Source: Nitrospirota bacterium (GTDB taxonomy: Bacteria; Nitrospirota; UBA9217). From it: DNA of 64,000 bases. The notes under the pieces are model-generated. The model was given only the letters and a program-made list of their open reading frames with translations, did not search any database and was not told the DNA's origin. The position numbers and the translations under genes are program-made. The DNA is taken from positions 1,152,001 to 1,216,000 of the forward strand of contig CAWFSF010000006.1 of the NCBI GenBank assembly GCA_963818475.1. Direction: 5' to 3'. Below, piece after piece: positions 1-8,536 of this stretch. Every line of letters starts with the position of its first letter. The stretch's first letter is position 1.

Positions 1-641
1 AGGTACCAGCCGGTCAGGAGAATGACGACGCCGCCGGCGACCACGCCGACCGAGGACAATGCATCGCCGATAATATGCAGATAGGCGCCGCGAATGTTCA
101 GGTTCGCGTGGCTGTGCTTGGTCAGGACCATCGCACCGATGATGTTGGCGACCAGGCCGATGATCGCCACGACGAGCATGAGCGTCCCCTGCACGGGCTG
201 CGGATCCAGGATGCGCAGGTATGCCTCGTAGATGATGTATATCGAGATAAGGACGAGGATGACGCCGTTGATCAAGGCAGCCAGGATCTCGAGCCGGTAG
301 AACCCGAAGGTCCTCCGGTCGGTGGCGGGCATGGTGGCGAACTTCATGGCGAAGAAGGACAGCAGCAGCGCAGCGTTGTCGGTCAGCATATGTCCGGCAT
401 CGGACAGCAGCGCCAGACTGTTCGAAAGCAGTCCGCCCACCAGCTCGGCAACCATCATCAGGACGGTGATCGACAGGGCGATCAGCAGCCCCCGTCTTCC
501 CCCGGCAGCTGCCAGGTTCAGGCCATGGGCGTGATCATGGCCGCCCTCTTCGTGGTGCTCATGATGCTCGTGGTCATGGGTTTCATCATGGTCGTGATCA
601 TGATGTTCCTGTTGCCCGCTCTGTCGCAGGGGAATGGTCAT
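1..641 (-). CDS. Cation diffusion facilitator (CzcD/ZitB-like Zn/Co/Cd exporter) with His-rich N-terminus; 3' end runs off window
   Basis: Manual translation of minus strand from ATG at 641: MTIPLRQSGQQEHHDHDHDETHDHEHHEHHEEGGHDHAHG...LALLSDAGHMLTD...NLNIRGAYLHIIGDALSSVGV (two HxxxD metal-site motifs). Absent from ORF track because no stop lies in the window. Confidence 0.92.
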   Translation of the reverse strand, partial: MTIPLRQSGQQEHHDHDHDETHDHEHHEHHEEGGHDHAHGLNLAAAGGRRGLLIALSITVLMMVAELVGGLLSNSLALLSDAGHMLTDNAALLLSFFAMKFATMPATDRRTFGFYRLEILAALINGVILVLISIYIIYEAYLRILDPQPVQGTLMLVVAIIGLVANIIGAMVLTKHSHANLNIRGAYLHIIGDALSSVGVVAGGVVILLTGWY

Positions 642-659
642 GGTAACAAGCTCCACTCT

Positions 660-1479
660 TTACGCTTTTTTCCAGAACCTGAGCTCCGTAACAGGTTCCA
701 CGGCCCCGAGCTCTGCTGCATATCCGTAAAAGGTCATCAGCCCTTTTTGCTCATGCGGCCCGAAATCGAAGCTGAAGCATTTCCAGTATTCCAGCAGTTT
801 CTGCGCCGGTATGCCGAACCTGCCGGCATGTATTCTCCGCCAGTTCCGGGAGGTGCGAGAGACCGTAGGCCTTCGATTTCCTGAGAATATGATAGAGCGA
901 TGCCAGGTCTTTATCAAGACTTTTTTTATAATTGATCTGCCAGAGGGCGAAGACAAAAGGAAGGCCGGTGAACTCGTGCCAGACCCCGCCCAGGTCGTAT
1001 TCGTGGTCAAATCCTTCGACACGCGGGCGCTTGAGCGCATCATCGCCGATCAGGAGCACGGCATCGGCCCGGTCATAGGGATGGTCCTTCCCCTGTTCAA
1101 AGAGCGTATAGTCAGGGCTGACGCGGTTTTTGAGCTCAAGCAGTATCCTGAGCAGCACCACCGAGGTCGCTGATGCGGTGGTCAGTGCAACCGTTTTTCC
1201 ATTCAATTGGTCCATGGGCAGGCGGCTCTGGAGAATAATGCTCATGACGTTGTTCCGGGACGTAATGGAAAAACCGGGCATGATCAGGTATCGGCCGGGA
1301 TTCGCGGCGAATTCGATGGATGAAGACGGAGACACATCGATGTTGCCTTCACTGAGGAGGCGGTTCAATGCGGTCGGAATGCCTTCCACCAGAGTAAAGG
1401 GAAAGGCGACCGCACCGGAGATGATCCCGGCGTGGACAGGCACGGTGTTCGAGTAGATGATATGGCCAAGTTTAAGCAT
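660..1479 (-). CDS. mqnA: Chorismate dehydratase MqnA (futalosine menaquinone pathway), one frameshift near 800
   Basis: MLKLGHIIYSNTVP...PTALN...DVSPSSS...SATSVVLL...LLIGDDAL...DLGGVWHEFTGLPFVFALW; C-terminus continues in ORF 660..1043 (EYWKCFSFDFGPHEQKGLMTFY). Confidence 0.85.
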
Positions 1480-1504
1480 AGCGATGTGATCTTCCTGATG
1501 TGTA

Positions 1505-1532
1505 ATCCTAATGCATATCATAATAAAGTCAA
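1505..1532 (-). promoter_or_regulatory. Putative sigma70 promoter of mqnA (TTGACT-N16-TAGGAT)
   Basis: Consensus-like hexamers about 25 nt upstream of the ATG. Confidence 0.4.
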
Positions 1533-1537
1533 GTATG

Positions 1538-1615
1538 ACCACTGAGGCGCGGAGACGCGGAGAAAATCGATTTGAAATATAGCTCTTTTCAGTGCCCTCA
1601 GCGTCTCTGCGGTGA
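1538..1615. repeat. Fold-back element of 8-bp tandem units (CGCGGAGA-type), copy A1
   Basis: Left arm CACTGAGG CGCGGAGA CGCGGAGA; right arm TTTCAGTG C CCTCAGCG TCTCTGCG; AT-rich spacer. Confidence 0.8.
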
Positions 1616-1657
1616 AAATAGGTTCTTACGACTTCACCAATCCTGCAACCTCACGAA

Positions 1658-4600
1658 CTAATCCGCCTTCTTTTTTGTAAAGAAGTTTTCCAGGTCATCA
1701 ACGATCGTGTACACGACCGGGATCACGACCAGCGTGAGCAGCGTCGAGGTTATCAGTCCGCCGATCACGGCAATGGCCATGGGGGCACGGGTCTCTGCGC
1801 CTTCTCCGAGCTTCAGCGCCGTGGGCAGCATGCCGAATACCATGGCGGCCGTGGTCATGATGATCGGTCGCAGCCTGACCGGTCCCGCCTTGAGCAGCGC
1901 TTCTTCGCGGCTCATCCCCCGATGCCGGAGCGTTATGGTATAGTCAACCAGCAGGATCGCGTTCTTGGTCACCAGCCCCATGAGCATGATAACGCCGATG
2001 AGGCTGAAGATCTGATCCGCTCTCCCGTGATCAGGAGCAGCAGCCCCATGGCGCCGATGAGGCTCACGGGCAGCGAGAACATGATCGTAAAGGGGTGGAC
2101 AAAGCTCTCGAACTGGGCAGCCAGGATCATGTAGACCATGATGACGGCGATGATCAACGCAAAAGAGATGTTTTTGAACGAATCCAGCATAGCATCCGCC
2201 ATGCCGACGTAACGGGTTGAAATATCCGGTGACCCGTTCTTTGCAACGATCTGGTTCAGATCGTTGATGGCCTGGCCCATGGGTTTGGTCTTGTCCGTAC
2301 CTGCAAACAGGGTTGTTGCCCGCTGTCGATTGTAATGCATGATGACCGTGGGCCCCTTGCCGGTCTGGATCGACGAGACATCGTGAAGGTGCACAAGCTC
2401 GCCTGTTGAGGAACGGACCAGCAAGCGCTTCGATGTCGGACGGTTTGTCGCGTTCGGCGCCGAATAGACGCGCTGTTATATCATATCGTTCGCCTTCTTT
2501 TTCGTCCTTGTACTTTCCAACGATCTCGCCGCCGATCAGGGTGTTGACCGTGCCGCCGATGGACGATGCGCTCACGCCGAGATTAGCGGCTTTCTCGCGA
2601 TCGATCCTGATGCGCACTTCCGGCTTGCCGATCTCGATCGAGGTGTCGGTATCCACAATGCCGGGAAGCTTCGAAAATGCATTTTTGATCGCCAGTGGTC
2701 CGTTTGTTCAGGTCTTCGAGGTCCCTGCCCTGGATCATAAGCTGGATCGGCACTGACCGCATACCGCCTCCCACCATGGCGATCATCTCAACCGACGCCT
2801 TAAACTCGGGCTGTCCAGACACGCTGTCGCGGACCTCCTTCATGGAATCGATCTGGATGATATTCCGGTCTTTCCGTTCCTTCATGTTGACAAAGATCCT
2901 GCTTTTGTTGACGTCAGGCGTCAGGTCCGAACCGGTAACATAGAAGGTGCTCGCAATCTCCGGTCTTTGCCGGAGCTCTTCATCGACCTTTTTCATGACC
3001 GCATCGGAGCGATTCAGTGAATAGTCTATGGGAGTTTCAAGTCTCACCATATACCTGCCCTGGTCCTCGGCGGGCATGAATTCCTTGCCCAGAATAAACC
3101 AGAAGAATGACGATTCCTCCTGCGACGCTCGCCAGTGCGAGCAGAATGACCTTCCAGCGGTTCCGCAATGCCAGAGCAAGAAGCGGATTATACAGGTCGA
3201 AGACCTTGTCGAATCCTTTTTCAAGGAACATATAGACCTTGCCGTGCTTCTTCCGGTAGCTCAGAAAGCGCGACGTCATCATGGGAGTGAGCGTCAGCGA
3301 TACAAAGAGCGAAATGAGCACGGCGATCGTCACGGTGATGCCGAACTCGAAGAAGAACTTTCCTACGATGCCCTTCATGAACGCAACAGGCACGAACACG
3401 GCCACAATGGACAGGGTCGTCGCCATGACCGCCAGTCCGATCTCCGAGGCGCCCTCCCGGGATGCCTGCAGGGGCGACTCCCCTTCTTCCATCCTCCGGT
3501 AGATGTTCTCAAGCACCACGATCGAGTCGTCGATAAGAATGCCGATCGAAAGCGACAGGGCGAGCATGGTCATGATGTTCAGGGTGAACCCGAAGGCCTG
3601 AATGAACGCAAAGGTGGCGATGACCGACGTCGGCAAGGCAACTGCGCTGATCAGGGTGCTCCTGACGCTTCTGAGGAAAACAAAGATGATCAGCACCGCC
3701 AGGATGGCGCCGAGCCACAGCGATACCTGCACGTCCTCGATCGAACGGCGGATGAATTTGGACTGGTCGAAGGTAATGTCGAGATGCATGCCCTGGGGCG
3801 GCTTGACCTTTGCAACGGCGTCTTTCACCCGTTCGGCAACAGCGACCGTATTCTCGCCGGACTGGCGCTTGACCGACAGGCCGACGGCGCTCTTGCCGTT
3901 GAACCGGGTAAGGGAACGTTCGTCTTCAAGCCCGTCTTCGGCTCTGCCGATATCGCGCAGCTTGATCAGTCTGCCGTGACGGTAGGCGATCACCATGTCG
4001 TTGAACGCTTCAGGCGTTTCGAACTCGCCCTTGGTCTTTACGATGTATTCGGTCCGGGAATTCTCGATCCGCCCGCCCGGGATCTCGCGGTGTTCCCGCC
4101 CCAGAGCCAGCTTGATATCATCGGCCGTCAATGAAGCAGCGTTCATCTTCGCTGCGTCGATCCAGATGCGGACCTGACGGTTCCGGCCGCCGCTGATCGT
4201 CACCGACCCGACCCCGGGGATCTTTTCGATGTCGCGTTTCAGGACCTTGTCCGCATAATGGGTCAGTTCCTTGATCGAGCGGTCGCCGGAAACAGCGATC
4301 CAGACGATCGGCTGGTCATCGGGGCTGATCTTTTCGATGATCGGCGCATCGGTGTCTTTCGGCAGCCGGTTCCTGATGGCGGCGACCTTGTCCCGGACAT
4401 CCTGTGCAGCCTGTTCCAGATTGCGTTCGAGGTGGAACTCCACCGTGACGATGGAGTACTCTTCCATGCTGCGCGAGGTAATGGCCTTGACGCCGCTGAT
4501 GGTGTTCACGGCCTCTTCAAGGACGTCCGTGACGTCGACCTCCATGATCTCGGGGCTTGCGCCCACCAGCTTCGTGGTGATGTTCACCACCGGGAAGTCG

Positions 4601-4719
4601 ATCTTGGGAAAGAGATCGAGGGCAAGGCGCGGGAAGGAAACGATGCCGAACACGATCAGCGCAACGCCGATCATGGTCATGAAGACCGGACGTTTGATGG
4701 CTATTTCAGGAAGTCGCAT
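1658..4719 (-). CDS. RND efflux permease (AcrB/AcrD/AcrF family), split by about 3 frameshifts
   Basis: ORFs 3037..4719, 2583..3224, 1969..2424 and 1658..2656 tile one ~1020-aa protein with motifs IGILIDDSIVVLENIYR, GLVTKNAILLVD, RLRPIIMTT. Confidence 0.92.
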
Positions 4720-6031
4720 GTTTCGCCTCGCTTATGGATTCTGATTGTCCCAGGGTGCCGATGCTTTTCATGAGCCGGAGGATGGCGATCTGCTGGTCGC
4801 TTACGGCATTCGCCAGTTCCCGTTCGGCCTGCGACAGCGCCTGTTCCGCATCGATGAGCGATAAGCTCGGAAGCAGTCCTTCCGCGAACAGGTTCTCGAC
4901 CGTATCGAAGTTGTCCTTTGCGTACCCGAGCTGGAGTTTTGCCGTATCCAGCACCGCGGTAATGGTCTGGAGATTGATATGCGCTTCGAGGACTTCCGTT
5001 TCGATAGACCGCTCCAGCAGGGTCGTTGACAGTTTGGCCTGCCTGACCTTTGATCGTGCTTCGGAAGTCTCGGCCCTCATGAGTCCGCCTTCGAAGATGG
5101 GGATCTGCAAACGAAGACCGCCGTAATAGGTTGTTGCATCCATTTGCGTCGCTGGCTGGGAGTCCACATACTTCACCCCGGCTTCCGCATACAGCTGCGG
5201 ATAGTGGGCTCCCTTGACGATCGTGACGTTCTCTTCAGCAACCTTCTGGTTCAGCCGGGAGCCGGCATAATCGGCCCGATTTGACAGGGCAATTGCTTTC
5301 AGTTGATCATAAGTCTCTTCGGAAGGTTTCAATGCTTCCGGTTCTGCCAGCGCCGCGTCATTCGGCAGTTTGGTGACCATGCTGAGCTGGCTTTTGGCGA
5401 TCTTTAAACCGTCCTCTGCCCTGATCAAATTGATTCGTGCCTGGCTTACCAGGGTCGTAGCCCGCAACAGGGAGGACATATTCGCTTTATTTCGTCGCGT
5501 CGCTGCTTCCCGCTCGGTCACTTTTTTGTGCCGCTCCATCCGCTCGACAGCCCGACGGCCGATATCAACCAATTTTTGTGCTTTGATCACGCCGTAATAG
5601 GCCTGTGCCACGGTGAGGAGCGTGTCCTGAATGGTAAACTGGAATCCGCTCCGGCTTGCTTCGCGGAGCGTCTGGGCAGTACGGAGCGCAGCAAATGTTC
5701 TCCCACCGGTATAGAGCGGCTGGGTCAATATCAACGCAGCCTGCAATTGTTCCTTAGGCTGAAAGATAAAATCCCCGCCTTCCGGGGGCAGGGTCTCGTT
5801 GTACCGGGTATAGGCTGACTGCGCCACAAGGCGGGGGTACAGATAGGTCCATGCCTGGTCGATCCTGGTCTCTGACTGGATCACCGTCTCCGCTGAGATG
5901 CCGATGACCTCATTCGTGTCGATCGCGGCATTGTAGGCATCGCTCAGCGTATACACTTTGTCGTCAGCTTGCGCGGAGACGGCCATCAGGACGATGGCGA
6001 TGGTGAACATGTTTCTTAACAATGGTTTCAT
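4706..6031 (-). CDS. TolC-family outer membrane efflux protein
   Basis: Signal peptide, two OEP repeats (LYPRL...LTQPLYTGG; HYPQL...LQIPIFEGG); overlaps RND start. Confidence 0.9.
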   Translation of the reverse strand: MKPLLRNMFTIAIVLMAVSAQADDKVYTLSDAYNAAIDTNEVIGISAETVIQSETRIDQAWTYLYPRLVAQSAYTRYNETLPPEGGDFIFQPKEQLQAALILTQPLYTGGRTFAALRTAQTLREASRSGFQFTIQDTLLTVAQAYYGVIKAQKLVDIGRRAVERMERHKKVTEREAATRRNKANMSSLLRATTLVSQARINLIRAEDGLKIAKSQLSMVTKLPNDAALAEPEALKPSEETYDQLKAIALSNRADYAGSRLNQKVAEENVTIVKGAHYPQLYAEAGVKYVDSQPATQMDATTYYGGLRLQIPIFEGGLMRAETSEARSKVRQAKLSTTLLERSIETEVLEAHINLQTITAVLDTAKLQLGYAKDNFDTVENLFAEGLLPSLSLIDAEQALSQAERELANAVSDQQIAILRLMKSIGTLGQSESISEAKHATS

Positions 6032-6110
6032 CTCTGCAATATCCTTTATGGTTAAAGTGCCGAGTCAGCTTGTATGCATTTATCGCTTATACGTCAAAAT
6101 CAAGAACATT

Positions 6111-6198
6111 CTCGCTGAGGCGCAGAGACGCTGAGAAGGAGTTGAATCCTTGATCTTTTTTTCTTGCAGTTCTCTGCGCCTCAGCGGCTCTGCGCGAG
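6111..6198. repeat. Fold-back element of 8-bp tandem units, copy A2; overlaps TetR stop codon
   Basis: CGCTGAGG CGCAGAGA CGCTGAGA (6113-6136) ... TCTCTGCG CCTCAGCG GCTCTGCG (6171-6194). Confidence 0.85.
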
Positions 6199-6897
6199 AT
6201 AATCTTGCTTTGACTTCGATATAGATACAAAGACATCGCTTGTCGACGCGCCAAGCCCGTCAAAGAAAACGCCGGTGACAAAAGAGCTGAAGTGATCAAC
6301 TGACAGGTCCAGTTTCTTCCCCACAACATATTCCGCCAAAGGCCGGTTAATGAAACTTTGCATGACCATGCCGACCAGGACGGAGATCGCGAGTGTCAGA
6401 TCGACTTTTTTAAGCTCGCCCTTCTTCATGCCTTCTTTCAGGATCGCTGCAAGTTTCTCATGGCTGTGATTGAAAAAGTTATCAGCGAGCCACTTGAGGT
6501 TTTTGCCGCAGCAGGCGAACTCAATGGAGAGGATCCGGCGAACTTCCTCGTTGTTGTGCTGAAAACGGACCAATTCCTCGATATATTTTTGTATTTTATC
6601 CCGCGTTGTCGCGCCCGTTGAGAAGATCTCGTGCTCCCAGATGCGGTCGAACTCTTCGAATGAATCAGCAAGAACGGCCCGGTACAGCTCGACCTTGTCC
6701 GTAAAATGATAATAGATCATGGCATTGTTCACACCGGCGGCATCCGCCACTTCACGGACCGTTGCGCCCTCCAGTCCGCGCTGGGCAAAGAGCGTGCGTG
6801 CCGCGGCGATGATCGCTGACCGTGTGCAGCAGGCGGCCTGTTTTGATGCCGGGCGGCGTCCTGCGGTTCTTTTCTTGGGAGGTGTTTTTGTCGGCAT
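6181..6897 (-). CDS. TetR/AcrR family transcriptional regulator
   Basis: N-terminal HTH AIIAAARTLFAQRGLEGATVREVADAAGVNNAMIYYHFTDKVELY. Confidence 0.93.
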   Translation of the reverse strand: MPTKTPPKKRTAGRRPASKQAACCTRSAIIAAARTLFAQRGLEGATVREVADAAGVNNAMIYYHFTDKVELYRAVLADSFEEFDRIWEHEIFSTGATTRDKIQKYIEELVRFQHNNEEVRRILSIEFACCGKNLKWLADNFFNHSHEKLAAILKEGMKKGELKKVDLTLAISVLVGMVMQSFINRPLAEYVVGKKLDLSVDHFSSFVTGVFFDGLGASTSDVFVSISKSKQDYLAQSR

Positions 6898-6905
6898 GGC
6901 AATAA

Positions 6906-6925
6906 TTAACTAACTGCTTAATTAA
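6906..6925. promoter_or_regulatory. Probable TetR operator (imperfect palindrome TTAACTAA-CTGC-TTAATTAA)
   Basis: Dyad lies between the -10 box and the tetR ATG, the usual autoregulatory position. Confidence 0.6.
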
Positions 6926-6935
6926 ATGAAGCCGC

Positions 6936-6964
6936 ATCATACTAGGGAGGAGTATTGTTGTCAA
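6936..6964 (-). promoter_or_regulatory. sigma70 promoter for tetR-tolC-RND (TTGACA-N17-TATGAT)
   Basis: Perfect -35, 17-bp spacer, 5/6 match at -10. Confidence 0.75.
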
Positions 6965-7052
6965 GATGAATTTACGGGAAGAACAGTGGGAGGATCAAGC
7001 AGTTTGCCACATAAAGCACATAGGTCACTAGATGCAACAGGGCAAGAATGTT

Positions 7053-7160
7053 TCGCGCGGAGACGCGGAGGCGCAGAGACTGCAAAAGACAAAGCTTTGT
7101 ATCTGGTTTAATACAGCACCAATGATTTTGACTTCTCTGCGCCTCCGCGTCTCCGCGCGA
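7053..7160. repeat. Fold-back element of 8-bp tandem units, copy A3 (perfect 27-bp inverted arms)
   Basis: TCGCGCGGAGACGCGGAGGCGCAGAGA (7053-7079) and its exact reverse complement (7134-7160); 54-bp spacer. Confidence 0.92.
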
Positions 7161-7181
7161 GTACGCCTTATGGCTCCAGGT

Positions 7182-7847
7182 TTATATAATTTTTCCAACC
7201 AACTCCGCAAATGAGTGAGAACGATATGCGATAGTGCCGATGATCGGCACGCCGGAAAGTTCCTGGATGACCGCAGGACTGGTGGCTTCGGCCAATCCCT
7301 GCTGCCCGCCCTGCCCGTCGTTGATGACGACGCCGGCGATCATCAGCCTCCGGGACCGGAGCGCATCGATCGTCAGGAGCGTGTGGTTGATCGTGCCGAG
7401 TCCCGGCCGGGCGACGATCAATACCGGCAGGCCCAATGCTTCGGCAAGGTCGAGAAAGAGATAGCCCTGCGCAAGCGGCACCATGATCCCCCCTGCCCCT
7501 TCAACGATCATGAACCGGTGTCTCTGCGACAGCGTTTTGAAGGACTGGAGTATCTTCCCCGGGTCGATCGTTTTCCGTTCTATCTGTGCGGCCACGGAGG
7601 GTGCGACGGGAGCCTGGAAACGATAGGGATTGACGAGTGACAGCGGATCGCGAACTGCGGCTGCCCGGATGAGTGCTTCGGCGTCGCGTGGTATGAGTTT
7701 GCCTGAACGTGATCTGCAGCCCGTTTCCGCTGGTTTCATGACGCCCACATCGATCTTTGCCGAGCGAAGGGCCTTTGCAATACCGGCGGCGACGTAGGTC
7801 TTCCCTACGCCCGTGTCGGTTCCGGTAATAAATAAGCCTTTAATCAT
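7182..7847 (-). CDS. bioD: Dethiobiotin synthase
   Basis: MIKGLFITGTDTGVGKT, KPAETG, IVEGAGG, LGTINHTLLT. Confidence 0.96.
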   Translation of the reverse strand: MIKGLFITGTDTGVGKTYVAAGIAKALRSAKIDVGVMKPAETGCRSRSGKLIPRDAEALIRAAAVRDPLSLVNPYRFQAPVAPSVAAQIERKTIDPGKILQSFKTLSQRHRFMIVEGAGGIMVPLAQGYLFLDLAEALGLPVLIVARPGLGTINHTLLTIDALRSRRLMIAGVVINDGQGGQQGLAEATSPAVIQELSGVPIIGTIAYRSHSFAELVGKII

Positions 7848-7904
7848 GAGCGTAATTTCCTGAGGATAACAAAACAAAATCACGATTCCGGCGATTTCCG
7901 GCTG

Positions 7905-7956
7905 CTATAACGCGAAGATGAGCCCCGTCCCGTGGGGCTCGATCTTCAGGTTGGAT
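7905..7956 (-). other. attC site (52 bp), best-conserved copy
   Basis: ATCCAAC-CTGAA-GATCGAGC-CCCACGGGACGGG-GCTCATC-TTCGC-GTTATAG: R'' fits RYYYAAC and overlaps the stop codon; L'' has the extra unpaired C relative to L'; R' starts GTT. Confidence 0.85.
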
Positions 7957-8465
7957 CATTTTGGCTTGAAAGGAGTTTGTTTTGGACTATGAGTCTGCGC
8001 ACTCCCTGCTTCTTGTGATTTCAATCGCTGTTGCGGTTGTTGTTGCGTTTGTAATGTGTCTTTTTGGGGATGCTTGAGAATATATTTATCGAGTACGAGA
8101 TGAGTAATCAAGTAGACAATTATGCCGGTGATTATAGGGATAAGGAATTTTACGAAATGTCTTTGAATAAAGTTATATGGTTTTTTTATTGTATTTAATA
8201 TTCGCTTACGCTTCAACGGATATTTGAAATAGATTTGGCATTGATAATAACCATCATCTGTGAATACGACAGCATGATGTTGTATATCTCTAAAATAGCC
8301 ATATTGGACTAAGTTGGATATGGCATTCTTAATATCGGTCGGATGAGTATTGGGGAATGTTATATCAGTTGACAAGCCGATAGTTATGGAATGAATAGCA
8401 ACAGTATGAAAACGTAATATCTCCTTTTCAAGTTCTGGTAAATCGCTGATCGGTTTTTTTATCAT
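7956..8465 (-). CDS. Cassette-borne hypothetical protein with one predicted TM helix
   Basis: 169-aa AT-rich ORF; hydrophobic FLIPIITGIIVYLITHLVL; bounded by attC-like sites. Confidence 0.7.
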   Translation of the reverse strand: MIKKPISDLPELEKEILRFHTVAIHSITIGLSTDITFPNTHPTDIKNAISNLVQYGYFRDIQHHAVVFTDDGYYQCQIYFKYPLKRKRILNTIKKPYNFIQRHFVKFLIPIITGIIVYLITHLVLDKYILKHPQKDTLQTQQQPQQRLKSQEAGSAQTHSPKQTPFKPK

Positions 8466-8478
8466 AGGTTTATTCAGG

Positions 8479-8536
8479 TGCCAACCTCGGGTGAGGGGCG
8501 CGGGTTTTGCAACCCTCTTGAGCCGAATAGTTAGAA
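8479..8536 (-). other. attC-like site (58 bp)
   Basis: TTCTAAC directly after TGA, then TATTCGGCTCAAGAGGG...CCCCTCACCCGAG-GTTGGCA; imperfect L boxes. Confidence 0.65.

Noticed and set aside
75-884. 269-aa plus-strand ORF with a Met/Val-rich hydrophobic stretch
   Set aside because: Antisense shadow of the CDF gene; the hydrophobic run is the reverse complement of the His/Asp/Glu codons.
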